From Candidatus Atribacteria bacterium (GTDB taxonomy: Bacteria > Atribacterota > Phoenicimicrobiia > Phoenicimicrobiales > Stramentimicrobiaceae): a stretch of DNA of 64,000 nucleotides. A model generated the notes under the pieces. That model was not told the DNA's origin, searched no databases, and worked only from the letters and a program-made list of their open reading frames with translations. The stretch lies in contig JAKQEP010000007.1 in NCBI GenBank assembly GCA_029556475.1, forward strand, positions 1,274 to 65,273, in the 5' to 3' direction. How positions within the stretch are numbered: the stretch's first letter is position 1; every line of letters begins with the position of its first letter. This document shows, in pieces, positions 8,091 to 18,865 of the stretch. The position numbers and the translations under genes are program-made.

Positions 8091-11000
8091 TTAAAATTGA
8101 ATATGTAATTTTTTTGCCCAATCATCAAGATAAGAATAGAATATTGGAATAAAAACAAGGGTCAGAAAAGTAGAGGAAGTTAATCCTCCCATAATGGTAA
8201 TTGCCAGAGATGGTCTCATTTCTGCCCCTTCTCCGGTAGCAAGAGCCATAGGAACCATTGCCAGCACAGTGGTAAGAGTAGTCATCAGTATCGGTCTTAA
8301 TCGGGTTCTTCCGGCCTGAATTACTGCGTCATTACGCTCCATTCCTTTTTTCCTTAATTGATTAATATAATCTATTAAGACAATAGCATTATTTACCACG
8401 ATACCTCCCAGCATTATTAAACCGATGAGAGAAAGGACATTAAGACTGGTCCCTGTTAGCATTAAAGCTATAATCACTCCAATAAAGGCAAAGGGAACAG
8501 AAAGAATAACTGCAAAGGGGAATAATAGCGATTCAAACTGTGCAGCAATAATCATATACACTAAAAATAATGACAATATTAAGGCATAGAAAAGTTCGCG
8601 AAAGGATTTTACCATTTCCTGTTGTTCTCCGGCAAAGGCATAGAGATAACCATCAGGTAAAACTAATAAATCCAACTTTTCCTTACAATCCTTAATAACA
8701 CTACCTAAAAATCTGCCACTTATATTTCCGGTAACAGTTACCTGTCTCTGTTGATTTTCACGGTTAATTCCTTGAGGACCTATTCCTACCTTGACTTCGG
8801 CAATTTCTTTTAATGGAATTTGTAGACCATAGCTTGAACTTATAATCATATTCTCTAATTCCTGAAGTTCATCATAATCGCTTTTTTCTAATTTCACAGT
8901 TATATCATACCGATCTCCACCCTCTTGAAAGTAACCGGCTACCTTGCCCAAAAGAGCATCCTGTACATTTGAAGCAACCTGACCGGCGCTTAAGCCGTAA
9001 AGATTTACCTTCTCCCGGTCTATGGCAATATGTAATTCCGAACGTACTTCTTCGACGCTGCTTTGTAAATCATAAACCCCTTCTACTTCAGATAATATAG
9101 AAATAATGTTTCTGGCTATAAAATCTAACTCTTCTATAGAATCTCCGGTAATATTGATGGTGAGTGGTGAGCTCGAGGTAAAGGAGAGATTCTGCTCACT
9201 AAAATGTATTTTCGTATCGGGATACTCTCCTATTCTTTCCCGCAATTCAGCAATAATTTCTGAACTTTTCCGTTCTCTTTTGTCTTTTTCCAGCAAAGTT
9301 GCCATTATGGTAGCATTATTTGCCGATGAACCCATACCCATTGTTCCTCCGCTTCCAATGGTGGTAAAGGTGTCCTTGATTTCCGGAATATGTACAATAA
9401 CCTGTTCAATTTCTCTGGTAATCCCCTTGGTAACTTCAAAATTGGTTCCTACGGGTAAGGATATATTTATATTGAAGTTGCCCTGATCCATTGCCGGAAA
9501 GAATTCAACACCTACCAGAGAGAGGAGTGAAAAGGATACCACTAAAATTAAAATAGCCATAATAACCACAATACCCCGATGCCTTAAAGACCAATCAATG
9601 AGATAACTATATTCCTGTATAATAAAGGCAAAAAATCCCTTCTTTTTTGTTTTTTTAGCCCCTGCTGGTACATTGTTGGTATTTTGACCTGATAAGTGAA
9701 AAGATTTTCTCTGTTTAGAGGAAAGCATAGGTATCAGAGTCAAGGCAACCAACAATGACATTAGAAGAGAAAAAGTGATGGTAAGACCCATGGTCTTGAA
9801 CAATTCTCCCGCTATTCCTGATACATATACTATGGGCAGGAAAACGGCTATGGTAGTTAAAGTAGAGGCAGTAATTGCTTCTCCTACCTCATTGGCGCCC
9901 ATTTCAGCTGCCAGTGACGCCTCTTCGCCTAACTCCCGGTGCAGGAATATATTTTCCAAAACTACGATTGAGTTGTCCACCAGCATTCCAACTCCTAAGG
10001 AGAGACCGCCAAGGGTCATCATATTCAGAGTTAGTTTGCTAAAATAAAGCAGGGTAAAAGTCGAGATAACAGAAATGGGGATAGAGAGTCCAATAATTAA
10101 AGTGCTTTTAATACTTCTCAAAAAGGCATACAGGACTAACATAGCCAGTACAGCGCCAATAAGCAAATTATCACCTACCTCGGCAATAGTCTTCTTTATA
10201 AAATCCGAGGAATCAAAAACTACCATCAGGCGGGCATCACCGGGTAGTATATTGTTAATAGTTTTTAATTCTTTGTTTACTCTATTGGCTACCAGTACCG
10301 AGTTTGTTCCGGATTCTTTTTGTAGGCTAAAAGAGATACCGGCAAAACCATTGATATAAGCCTCAACAGTCTGCTCTTTAAAGGTATCTGAAACCCGGGC
10401 AATTTCCTTTAAGGATATTTGATTCCCTTGCATATTGGATATGATTACATTTTCAATATCTGCAATACTCTGAAAGCGTCCCAATGTCCTGATTAAAAAA
10501 TCAATATTGCCTTCCCTTAAGGTACCTGCAGGCAGATTAATATTCTCACTCCTTAAAGCCATAACCACATGATCCAGGGTTAAGTTGTTGGCTCTCAGTC
10601 TTCTATTATCAACAGAAACTAATATTTCCCGTTTCAATCCACCACTTACTGAAGCAAGGGCAATTCCTTCCAATCTCTCTAAACGAGGTTTAACTATATC
10701 CCGGGCAAAATTTTCCAGTTCATTAAGTTTATACTGCTCTGAATTCATTCCCAGTACCATAATGGGAATCATAGATGGGTCGAATTTAAAAACACTGGGA
10801 TCACTTGCCCCTTCAGGCAGAATACCTTTAATCTGGTCAACCTTCTCCCTGATTTCCAATGAGGCAATATCCATATTTGTTCCCCATTGAAAGGATAAGA
10901 GCAAAAGAGAATTTCCTTCCCTGGAGACAGAACTGATGGTATCAATACGATGAATGGTGCTGAGAACTTCTTCCAAAGGAATGGTAATCAATGTTTCTAT

Positions 11001-11174
11001 TTCTTCCGGAGCAACTCCCGGATAAGAGACCATTACTGCTGATATGGGAAAGGACATATCAGGCAGTAAATCCAGACCCAATCTTCCATAAGATACAATA
11101 CCAATGGCAATTAAGGCGATGAAAAGCATTAAGATGGTCACAGGGCGCCGGATAGAAAATCTGGGTAAATTCAT
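8091..11174 (-). CDS. RND (AcrB/HAE1-type) efflux transporter permease
   Basis: 1027 aa with 12-TM architecture and two large periplasmic loops. The N-terminus MNLPRFSIRRPVTILMLF is typical of the family. A 4-nt overlap with the upstream adaptor gene indicates coupling. Confidence 0.9.
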   Translation of the reverse strand: MNLPRFSIRRPVTILMLFIALIAIGIVSYGRLGLDLLPDMSFPISAVMVSYPGVAPEEIETLITIPLEEVLSTIHRIDTISSVSREGNSLLLLSFQWGTNMDIASLEIREKVDQIKGILPEGASDPSVFKFDPSMIPIMVLGMNSEQYKLNELENFARDIVKPRLERLEGIALASVSGGLKREILVSVDNRRLRANNLTLDHVVMALRSENINLPAGTLREGNIDFLIRTLGRFQSIADIENVIISNMQGNQISLKEIARVSDTFKEQTVEAYINGFAGISFSLQKESGTNSVLVANRVNKELKTINNILPGDARLMVVFDSSDFIKKTIAEVGDNLLIGAVLAMLVLYAFLRSIKSTLIIGLSIPISVISTFTLLYFSKLTLNMMTLGGLSLGVGMLVDNSIVVLENIFLHRELGEEASLAAEMGANEVGEAITASTLTTIAVFLPIVYVSGIAGELFKTMGLTITFSLLMSLLVALTLIPMLSSKQRKSFHLSGQNTNNVPAGAKKTKKKGFFAFIIQEYSYLIDWSLRHRGIVVIMAILILVVSFSLLSLVGVEFFPAMDQGNFNINISLPVGTNFEVTKGITREIEQVIVHIPEIKDTFTTIGSGGTMGMGSSANNATIMATLLEKDKRERKSSEIIAELRERIGEYPDTKIHFSEQNLSFTSSSPLTINITGDSIEELDFIARNIISILSEVEGVYDLQSSVEEVRSELHIAIDREKVNLYGLSAGQVASNVQDALLGKVAGYFQEGGDRYDITVKLEKSDYDELQELENMIISSSYGLQIPLKEIAEVKVGIGPQGINRENQQRQVTVTGNISGRFLGSVIKDCKEKLDLLVLPDGYLYAFAGEQQEMVKSFRELFYALILSLFLVYMIIAAQFESLLFPFAVILSVPFAFIGVIIALMLTGTSLNVLSLIGLIMLGGIVVNNAIVLIDYINQLRKKGMERNDAVIQAGRTRLRPILMTTLTTVLAMVPMALATGEGAEMRPSLAITIMGGLTSSTFLTLVFIPIFYSYLDDWAKKLHIQF

Positions 11175-12460
11175 TCTATATTCTCCCTGTTAGTTACTCT
11201 CACTCGCTCTCCTTCCTCTAAAGCAATATTTCCTAATATTACAATAATTTCATTTTCCTGCAAGCCATCAATCACTTCCACCTGGTTACTATGTGTGATA
11301 CCGATAATAACAGGTTTTTTTTGTATAGTTTCTTTATTCTTATCTAATACAAAAACAAATAATCCATCCAATCTTCTGCTTAACGCCGTAGAAGGTATAA
11401 CTAAAGTATCAGGATCTTGCGCAATAAGAATATTAGCCCTGGCAAACATACCGGGGGTTATATCAATATGGGGCTTAACAATTTTTATCTTTATTTCCAT
11501 TGTCTTGGAAAGGGGGTCCACTATTGCCCCTTTACTGGTAACCTCTCCAGAGAATACTTCCCCGGAAAAGGCATCAATAAATACCTCCGATCGCTGACCT
11601 ATGGTAATGGCAGCAATATCTTTTTCTGAGATGCCCGTTTTAAGATATAGTTCACTCTTATCCATAATTGATAACAAGGGCATTGCCGAAGAAACCAGTT
11701 CCCCTGTTTTCACTGAAAGTGCAGTAACACTTCCGCTGATGGGCGCTCTGATAATGGTATTGCCGAGCTGGGACTGAGCTAATTCCAGAGCAGATTGAGC
11801 CTGTCTGACCTGTGCTTCAACAGTTTTAATGTCTTCAGGAGAGGCTCCTTCAGTTACCAGTTTATAGCTTTCTGAAGCAACCTGATATTGGGCCTGGGCA
11901 ATTTCAAAATGATTTTTAGCCTGGTCGTGCTGTTGCTCTGAAACGGCACCCTCAGAAAACAATTTTCGCATCTTCTGATAATTCTCTTCAGCACTATCCA
12001 GATTTACCTTTGCCTGGCGAACTGCTGCTTCTGCTTGATTAATCTCCTGTGGTCTTGCCCCTGCTTTAATTCTCTCTAAAGAAGCCTGCGCCACATCCAA
12101 ATTTGCTTTGGCCTGGGCTACCTGAAGCCGGATTTGTTCATCATCCAAACGCATTAAAACATCATTTTTCTTTACCAGGTCACCTTCTTCTACCAAAACT
12201 TCCTTAGCCTGGCCAATACTCTTGGCAAAGACTCGTACGATTTCTTTTGGTTCTACTAATCCAGAAACGGTTAAAAAGGATTTAATTTCACCACGCTGAA
12301 CCCGGGCAACCTGTACCGGAACTATTCTTTCTGCCTGCACTTGAGGTAATGAGGTTTGTTCCTGTCTTTTTTTAAAAATGCGGTTAGTTGTCTGAAGGAT
12401 AAGTAATAATACCACTATTATGATAATTATGTAAAATGTCCTGCGTTTGGTTACTCTCAT
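11171..12460 (-). CDS. Efflux RND periplasmic adaptor (HlyD/MFP family)
   Basis: N-terminal anchor, alpha-hairpin coiled coil (AQAKANLDVAQASLERIKAG...) and lipoyl/beta-barrel segments. It sits between TolC and the RND pump. Confidence 0.85.
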   Translation of the reverse strand: MRVTKRRTFYIIIIIVVLLLILQTTNRIFKKRQEQTSLPQVQAERIVPVQVARVQRGEIKSFLTVSGLVEPKEIVRVFAKSIGQAKEVLVEEGDLVKKNDVLMRLDDEQIRLQVAQAKANLDVAQASLERIKAGARPQEINQAEAAVRQAKVNLDSAEENYQKMRKLFSEGAVSEQQHDQAKNHFEIAQAQYQVASESYKLVTEGASPEDIKTVEAQVRQAQSALELAQSQLGNTIIRAPISGSVTALSVKTGELVSSAMPLLSIMDKSELYLKTGISEKDIAAITIGQRSEVFIDAFSGEVFSGEVTSKGAIVDPLSKTMEIKIKIVKPHIDITPGMFARANILIAQDPDTLVIPSTALSRRLDGLFVFVLDKNKETIQKKPVIIGITHSNQVEVIDGLQENEIIVILGNIALEEGERVRVTNRENIE

Positions 12461-12523
12461 AAAAACAATTCCCTTCCTGAAAATTCTTGAAAAAATTAAC
12501 TTAGTATTTAAATTAAAATATTT

Positions 12524-13834
12524 TTAAAATAAACCCATAGCTTTTATTAAAGAAGCCCAGCTGGTGTTATACTCATACAGGGCATTTAAATGATTAGTTT
12601 CTGCCTCAATTAAAGCACTTTGGGCATCAATTACTTCGATATTGGTAGCAACCCCTTCATTATATTTCACCTGAGCAATTCTAAAGCTTTCCCTGGAATC
12701 TTTTATACCCTGTTCAGTCACCTTAAATAACTTCTCTGCCTCTTTCATGCTCAGATAAACAGAACGTATTTCAAGTTCTATCAACTGTTCTGCCTGTTTT
12801 TTACTCTGCTCTACCAGAGATAGATTCATTTCGGCTTGCTTGATTTTTGATTTATTCACTCCGCCATCAAAGATAGGTACTTCTCCCAGGACTGCCACCT
12901 TCCACCCGGCTAATCCTGACTCCATATTCATCACAATCTGTGGTTTTTTATTACTTTTTGCGATATCTACCATTCCTTCCATTATAACCCTTTGTTGATT
13001 AATATTGTGTATCTCGGGCCTGTTCTGTAGTGCAGCTTCCAATGCCTCTTCCAGTGAAATAATATGGGCTTCATAGGAAAGACTGTTCTGCAAATTGATG
13101 GTAGTCTGTAAGGGGATTCCCATAGCAGAATTCAGATAAAATACCGCCATCATATAACCATTTTCTGCTCTAATCAGATTGTGTTCCAGGTTAGAAAGTT
13201 GTGAATTAATACGGTTCAGATCAATGGGCGCAATCAATCCTTCTGCCAGCAGGGACCGAGAGGTTTCTAGATGTGCCTTAATCTGAGTTAAAGCCTGTTC
13301 ACTCACTCTCTTCAATCCTTCTGCCTGTAATACCCGATAATAAGCTTCGGTTACTTTAAAGATTAGTTCCTGCCTGTTTATTTCCAGGTCATTCACCGAT
13401 ATAGACTGTTCCGCCTTAGCCAGATCAATAAGAGTTTCCAGCTTACCACCACTATACAGTACTTTGCTGACATTTACCGAAATATAGGGAACTCCAGTAC
13501 CTGAGGAGTAGAGGTAACTATAATCGCCTTCGGCAATGCTTTCCATATCCGGAGCTTCATTCATTCTAATATAGCCGCCCTGAAATTTGGCGTTCACCCG
13601 TTTGGCACCCCTGACTTCTTTTATCTGTTCATCTTTTACTCCCACCTTACTCTGGGAAATCAAATAACCAAGATTGTTTTCTAAAGCAATTTCGATACAT
13701 TCTTCTAAATCCAGATTCAGGATTTCTGAAGAACAAACATTTTTCCAGGAAAATAAAAAAAGACAGAAAATCAAGGTAATAAAAAAAGTAACCCAAACCA
13801 ACTTTTCTTTTTTAAATAATGTGAGCAGATACAT
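12524..13834 (-). CDS. TolC-family outer membrane efflux protein
   Basis: Two TolC-like repeat halves rich in long helices. The track ORF begins at a TTG at 13852. An ATG at 13834 is preceded by aaaggagg at 7-nt spacing, so I prefer 13834 as the start. Confidence 0.8.
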   Translation of the reverse strand: MYLLTLFKKEKLVWVTFFITLIFCLFLFSWKNVCSSEILNLDLEECIEIALENNLGYLISQSKVGVKDEQIKEVRGAKRVNAKFQGGYIRMNEAPDMESIAEGDYSYLYSSGTGVPYISVNVSKVLYSGGKLETLIDLAKAEQSISVNDLEINRQELIFKVTEAYYRVLQAEGLKRVSEQALTQIKAHLETSRSLLAEGLIAPIDLNRINSQLSNLEHNLIRAENGYMMAVFYLNSAMGIPLQTTINLQNSLSYEAHIISLEEALEAALQNRPEIHNINQQRVIMEGMVDIAKSNKKPQIVMNMESGLAGWKVAVLGEVPIFDGGVNKSKIKQAEMNLSLVEQSKKQAEQLIELEIRSVYLSMKEAEKLFKVTEQGIKDSRESFRIAQVKYNEGVATNIEVIDAQSALIEAETNHLNALYEYNTSWASLIKAMGLF

Positions 13835-13885
13835 AGATAAACCTCCTTTCAAATTTAAAGATAAGGTAGTAATAAAATGGCATTA

Positions 13886-14290
13886 CTAAGACCGACTGTT
13901 CTTATTTTCTTTTTCCATCTCTTTCATCTTTTTCCAGACTGAGAGTGCCTCTTCAGCATTATTAACCTTTACATCCCCAAAAACATGGGGATGACGGCGG
14001 ATAAACTTTTCTCTGGCACCGGTCAAGACCTGTTCATAATCAAATAAACCTGCTTCTTGAGCAATCTGTATCTCAATCAGGATATCCATCAATAAGTCTC
14101 CCAGTTCTTCACATAAGTTGGTATAATTCTTGTTCGCTACTGCTTCGGTTACTTCCTGTGCTTCCTCAGCAATGTTAATTGCCATTGAGTCGATGGTTTG
14201 TTTCCTGTCCCAGAGACAGCCCTGAGGACCTCTGAGTCGGGTAACGATGGAAATTAATTCTGAAAACAATTCTTTCTCTTTTTGATGCAT
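13886..14290 (-). CDS. MazG-type nucleoside triphosphate pyrophosphohydrolase domain protein
   Basis: Motifs WDRKQT, EEAQEVTEA, EELGDLL and RRHPHVFG are characteristic of the MazG domain. Confidence 0.8.
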   Translation of the reverse strand: MHQKEKELFSELISIVTRLRGPQGCLWDRKQTIDSMAINIAEEAQEVTEAVANKNYTNLCEELGDLLMDILIEIQIAQEAGLFDYEQVLTGAREKFIRRHPHVFGDVKVNNAEEALSVWKKMKEMEKENKNSRS

Positions 14291-14337
14291 TATAATTTTG
14301 CTCCTTCTGATATTGAGTTAAAATCAGTTTTTGTTCA

Positions 14338-14630
14338 TTAGTTTTTAAAGTTAATCGTTCATGGTTTTTAGTTTTTAGTAAGATACGATAAAACACCACC
14401 CTTAAATTCACTTGCTTAAGTCTAATGGAGACATGTTGGAAATATGTCGTGACAATCACATTCAATTATGCCCACACTCTTTTCTTTATCTTTGTATTTT
14501 ACCAAAAACTAAAAACCATAAACCAAAAACTTTATAACCAACGACTAACGACTATTTAATGCTTTCACATATGCCCACACTCTTTGCCTATGCATTTTGA
14601 CTAAAAACTATAAACTATAAACAATAAGCT
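14338..14630. repeat. Mosaic intergenic repeat block with modules in both orientations
   Basis: Plus-orientation heptamers at 14338-14380. Reverse-orientation modules: gtggg-box (cccacactc at 14471-14479 and 14574-14582), heptamers at 14501-14556 and 14600-14630, and a partial hairpin flank (gtgacaatcac). Confidence 0.8.
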
Positions 14631-14758
14631 GAATTATTAACTGAATTATAATAACATTATAATAGTAAATTTTTAATAACATTTTAATTAAATATAAAAT
14701 ATTTATAAAAATCGCAACTATTTCTCCCAGAAGCAAGAGGATTATACCATCTGTAATT

Positions 14759-17700
14759 CTAATAATCTCCGTTGTTGGGAATAGCTTTTTCTAAAAAGGG
14801 CAAAATCTGATTGAAAATATTACTGGAACAAGCCGGTAGGCCAGTTTTTTCTAAAACAAATTTTAGTTCATAATGAGAGCCCTTCTGAGAATAGCTTATA
14901 TTCTTTTTAGGTTCATTTTTCAAGGCTTTTTTAATCTTATTCTCCAAGAGAGAACCAACCCGATATTTTAGAGAAATATGGTGAGAGGTAACCCTGATAT
15001 TGGTTACACCCTGGTTTTTGAGCTTTAACTTTACCTGTATTACCAGAAGCAAATTTTCTACCTCTTTCGGGTATGAACCGTAAATATCCCGTAGTTCTCT
15101 TTTGATATCATTCAGTTCCGCCTCTGCCTTTATCTGACTTAATCTCTGGTAATAACTTATTCTCAATTCAGGGTTTGAAATGTAGTATTCCGGAATATAG
15201 CTCTCCAGTTTAACTTCTATTTCAGGTTCCTCATCCTGCCCTTTATCCGTATCAGTATCCACCTTTAGAATCTGATTGATACTCTCTTCTAATAACTGGC
15301 AGTAATAATTAAAACCAACATCACTTACAAAACCATGCTGTTCTTTCCCCAGCAGATTACCAGCTCCTCTTATTTCTAAATCACGCATAGCCAATCGAAA
15401 CCCAGAACCCAAATCGCTGAATTCTCTAATTGCATCTAATCTTCGCCTGGCATTTTCACTCAAGCCTTTTTGAGAAGGGTAAAGCAGATAGGCATAGGCT
15501 CTTCGGCTACTGCGTCCAACCCTTCCCCTGAGCTGATATAACTGCGACAACCCAAACTGATGGGCATCATCAATAATTATGGTATTCACATTGGGTATGT
15601 CCAGACCTATTTCGATAATGGTAGTACAAATTAAAACATCATACTTTTTGTTCAGAAAATCAATCATTATATTTTCCAGCTGCTCCTCAGGCATTTGCCC
15701 ATGCGCAATAACAGCTTTTGCTTCAGGAATTAAAAGGTTTAGCTTTTCTGCAACACTATCAATATCCTGAACCCTATTATAAACATAATAGACCTGACCG
15801 CCTCTGCTCAACTCTCGTTTAATTGCCTCCCTGATAATTTCATCTGTTTTCGGCTTAAAAAAAGTAATTATGGGCAAGCGTAGTTCGGGCGGAGTATTTA
15901 TAATACTCATCTCTCTGATGCCGGTTAATGATAAATACATTGTTCTGGGAATTGGAGTGGCAGTCAGAGTTAAAGAGTCAACCTGTTCTCTTAATTTTTT
16001 AATCCGTTCTTTATGATTAACCCCAAAACGCTGTTCCTCGTCAACAATTAATAAGCCAAGATCTTTAAAGAATATGTCCTGCTGAACAAGCCGATGAGTG
16101 CCAATAATAATATCAATATTTCCCTTTTTTAAATCAGTAATGATTTCCTGCTGTTCCTTTTTAGATTTAAATCTGGAAAGCATTTCAACTCTGATCGGAA
16201 AGGCCTTCATCCTTTCAGAAAAATTTTCCCAGTGTTGTTGTGCCAGTATAGTGGTAGGTGCGAGCACCGCTACCTGTTTACCATCCATTACCGCTTTAAA
16301 GGCTGCCCTGATGGCAATCTCAGTTTTACCATAACCTACATCCCCGCAGATTAACCGTTCCATTGGCTGAGCTAATTCCATATCCTTTTTCACATCCTGA
16401 AATGCTTTTTCTTGATCAGGTGTCTCTTCAAAAGGGAAAGCCATCTCCAATTCTTGCTGCCATACTGTATCTGGAGAAAAAGGGAAGCCCTGAACACTCT
16501 TCCTCTTTCTATATAATTCATATAATTCACGGGCAGTCTTTTGAACAGATTCCTTTACCCTTTTTTTAGTTGTCTTCCAACTACCGTCAGTCAGACGATT
16601 TATTTTGGGAGTACTCCCTCCTACGCCAATATACTTATGGACCAATGAGAGTTGTTCTACAGGCACATATAGTTCATCATCTGAAGCATACTGAATTAAA
16701 ATATAATCTTTTCTGATTCCTTCGGTATTGCGTGATTTAATTCCAGCAAATTGACCTATACCATGGTTAATATGAACTACATAATCACCTGTTCTCAACT
16801 CATCCAATTGATAAAAAGGCTTGCCCTGAAACCTTTTTGAGCGGTAACCTCTATCTCTCTGTTTACCAAAGATTTCCTGTTCTGTAACAACAGTTAGGTT
16901 TAAGGAGGGGATAGAAAACCCATAGTTGACCAATCCATAGCTCAGGCATATTTTACCGGGATATACTTCAGCCTCCGGCAAAGCCATCATCTGGTAATCG
17001 GTAATGCCCCTATCTTCAAATATCTCTGCCATCCGTAAAGCTCGTCCTTTGTTACGAGTTAAAATCAGAATATTCTGCTTTTCTCGCCTGCTTTTTTTTA
17101 TATTTTTAAAGAAGAGTTCCAGATTACCAAAATAGTTCTCTGTAGGTTTACTTTCTATCGAGAAAGGCTGGTATTCCATACCTTTAATTTCTTTTGAGGG
17201 AGAATATTCTTGCTCTAGCCAGGATGTTATCTTTACTAAACGCTGTTTTTGATAAATCAATTTGTTTACCTGATTCCAGTTCAGATAGTAGTAAGATGGG
17301 GGCAATATGCCTTTATTGGTATCTTTTTTGTTAAGAAAACTATTCTCACTTTCCCTTTCAAAATCCCGAACATTATTTTCAAAATCAGAAAATTGGCTTA
17401 TAAAAATATCACAATATTCGGGTAAATAATCAAAAAAAGTATTGGTTTCTCCATCCTTTGCCTCTGATTTCAGACTCAGTTCTCTCTTGGGAAGTAAAAG
17501 AATTCCCTCAACTCTTTGAATAGATCTTTGCGATTCAGGGTCAAAATAACGCAGAGATGCAATCCGGTCACCATCAAACTCTATTCGTAATGGAATTTCC
17601 TCAGTAAGAGGAAATAGATCTACGATTCCGCCCCGTTGACTGAATTGCCCTTCCGTTTCAATCAGATTTGAGTATTGATAGCCTTGTTCGAGAAGATAAT

Positions 17701-18208
17701 TTAAAAGGTATTCTATTTTTAATTGGCCTCCCAGCTTTAATTTAAGATGCTGTTGATGAAATTGCTGGAGGGGCATAATTTTAGGGAGAATTGCCCGATA
17801 AGTGCTGATAATAATCAAAGGAAGATGAGAGTTACATTTATTAGGCTGGCGACATTGAAGATGTGCCAATATAGATAATACTTTTATTCTCTGCTTCACA
17901 ATTTGGGAATCAGGGGATAAGTCTTCATAAGGTAAAACCTCATGTGGGGGATAGATAAAGATATGCTTATCATCCGGTAAGCTGGTAAAACTTAACAAAT
18001 CCTGGTATAGATGAAGTGCCTCTGTAATATTGCTGGTTAAAAAAAGCAATATTTCTAATTCACCTTTTAAAATCAGAGAAGAAACAAAAAAAGAGAGGGC
18101 GCTACCCTGTAATCCCTCAATAATTAAAGACTTTTTATTCTTTACCCGAAATCCTTTGAGGAATTGGTTATAAGTGGCATTTTCATCCCATAATCTATTT
18201 AATGGCAT
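14759..18208 (-). CDS. mfd: Transcription-repair coupling factor Mfd
   Basis: 1149 aa. CarD/TRCF RNAP-interacting region (GDYVVHINHGIGQF). SF2 helicase motifs GDVGYGKTE, DEEQRFG and QLRGRVGRS. Located downstream of pth. Confidence 0.95.
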   Translation of the reverse strand: MPLNRLWDENATYNQFLKGFRVKNKKSLIIEGLQGSALSFFVSSLILKGELEILLFLTSNITEALHLYQDLLSFTSLPDDKHIFIYPPHEVLPYEDLSPDSQIVKQRIKVLSILAHLQCRQPNKCNSHLPLIIISTYRAILPKIMPLQQFHQQHLKLKLGGQLKIEYLLNYLLEQGYQYSNLIETEGQFSQRGGIVDLFPLTEEIPLRIEFDGDRIASLRYFDPESQRSIQRVEGILLLPKRELSLKSEAKDGETNTFFDYLPEYCDIFISQFSDFENNVRDFERESENSFLNKKDTNKGILPPSYYYLNWNQVNKLIYQKQRLVKITSWLEQEYSPSKEIKGMEYQPFSIESKPTENYFGNLELFFKNIKKSRREKQNILILTRNKGRALRMAEIFEDRGITDYQMMALPEAEVYPGKICLSYGLVNYGFSIPSLNLTVVTEQEIFGKQRDRGYRSKRFQGKPFYQLDELRTGDYVVHINHGIGQFAGIKSRNTEGIRKDYILIQYASDDELYVPVEQLSLVHKYIGVGGSTPKINRLTDGSWKTTKKRVKESVQKTARELYELYRKRKSVQGFPFSPDTVWQQELEMAFPFEETPDQEKAFQDVKKDMELAQPMERLICGDVGYGKTEIAIRAAFKAVMDGKQVAVLAPTTILAQQHWENFSERMKAFPIRVEMLSRFKSKKEQQEIITDLKKGNIDIIIGTHRLVQQDIFFKDLGLLIVDEEQRFGVNHKERIKKLREQVDSLTLTATPIPRTMYLSLTGIREMSIINTPPELRLPIITFFKPKTDEIIREAIKRELSRGGQVYYVYNRVQDIDSVAEKLNLLIPEAKAVIAHGQMPEEQLENIMIDFLNKKYDVLICTTIIEIGLDIPNVNTIIIDDAHQFGLSQLYQLRGRVGRSSRRAYAYLLYPSQKGLSENARRRLDAIREFSDLGSGFRLAMRDLEIRGAGNLLGKEQHGFVSDVGFNYYCQLLEESINQILKVDTDTDKGQDEEPEIEVKLESYIPEYYISNPELRISYYQRLSQIKAEAELNDIKRELRDIYGSYPKEVENLLLVIQVKLKLKNQGVTNIRVTSHHISLKYRVGSLLENKIKKALKNEPKKNISYSQKGSHYELKFVLEKTGLPACSSNIFNQILPFLEKAIPNNGDY

Positions 18209-18235
18209 ATTATTTCACTCTGAAAAGAAAAGGAA

Positions 18236-18811
18236 TTAATTAAACTCTCTCATAGCAATCTGATAACCATTGTTCAGGATTTCTTCCACTGCCTGTACTG
18301 CCCGGGTAATGGTATTTTCTACCACCTCTTTTTCTTCGGGCAAGAAATTAGTTAATACAAAATCTGAGTAATCTAAATTTTCAAGTAACCTATCATTTCT
18401 TATCCCGATTCTTAAGCGTGGAAAATCTTCTGATTGGAGGTAACTTATTATAGAATCCATACCATGATGTCCACCCGAGCTACCCCTTTCCTTTATCCTA
18501 ATTCTTCCCAGAGGAAGATGAAAATCATCATAAATAACTAACAATTGACTATAATCGATATTGTAATAATCAGTAATATCTTTCACTGCCCTGCCACTCA
18601 GGTTCATGAAAGTTTGTGGTTTTACTAAAATAAGGTCTTTATCCTGAAATTTGAGATTGAGAATACAGGCAAAAAACTTTTTTTTCCATTTCAAATTGTG
18701 ACCAGCATTAGAAACGGTAGCTACAATTTTTTCTAAAACAGAAAACCCAATATTATGCCTGGAATTCTGGTATTGGGTTCCTGGATTACCCAAACCCACA
18801 ATTATATCCAC
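18236..18811 (-). CDS. pth: Peptidyl-tRNA hydrolase
   Basis: N-terminus IVGLGNPGTQYQNSRHNIGF and a central GHHGMDSI-like motif. Confidence 0.9.
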   Translation of the reverse strand: MDIIVGLGNPGTQYQNSRHNIGFSVLEKIVATVSNAGHNLKWKKKFFACILNLKFQDKDLILVKPQTFMNLSGRAVKDITDYYNIDYSQLLVIYDDFHLPLGRIRIKERGSSGGHHGMDSIISYLQSEDFPRLRIGIRNDRLLENLDYSDFVLTNFLPEEKEVVENTITRAVQAVEEILNNGYQIAMREFN

Positions 18812-18865
18812 ATCAACACAACCTTAGCATGATTTAGTTTAATTATTGTGCTTCTTTCCCTTGCC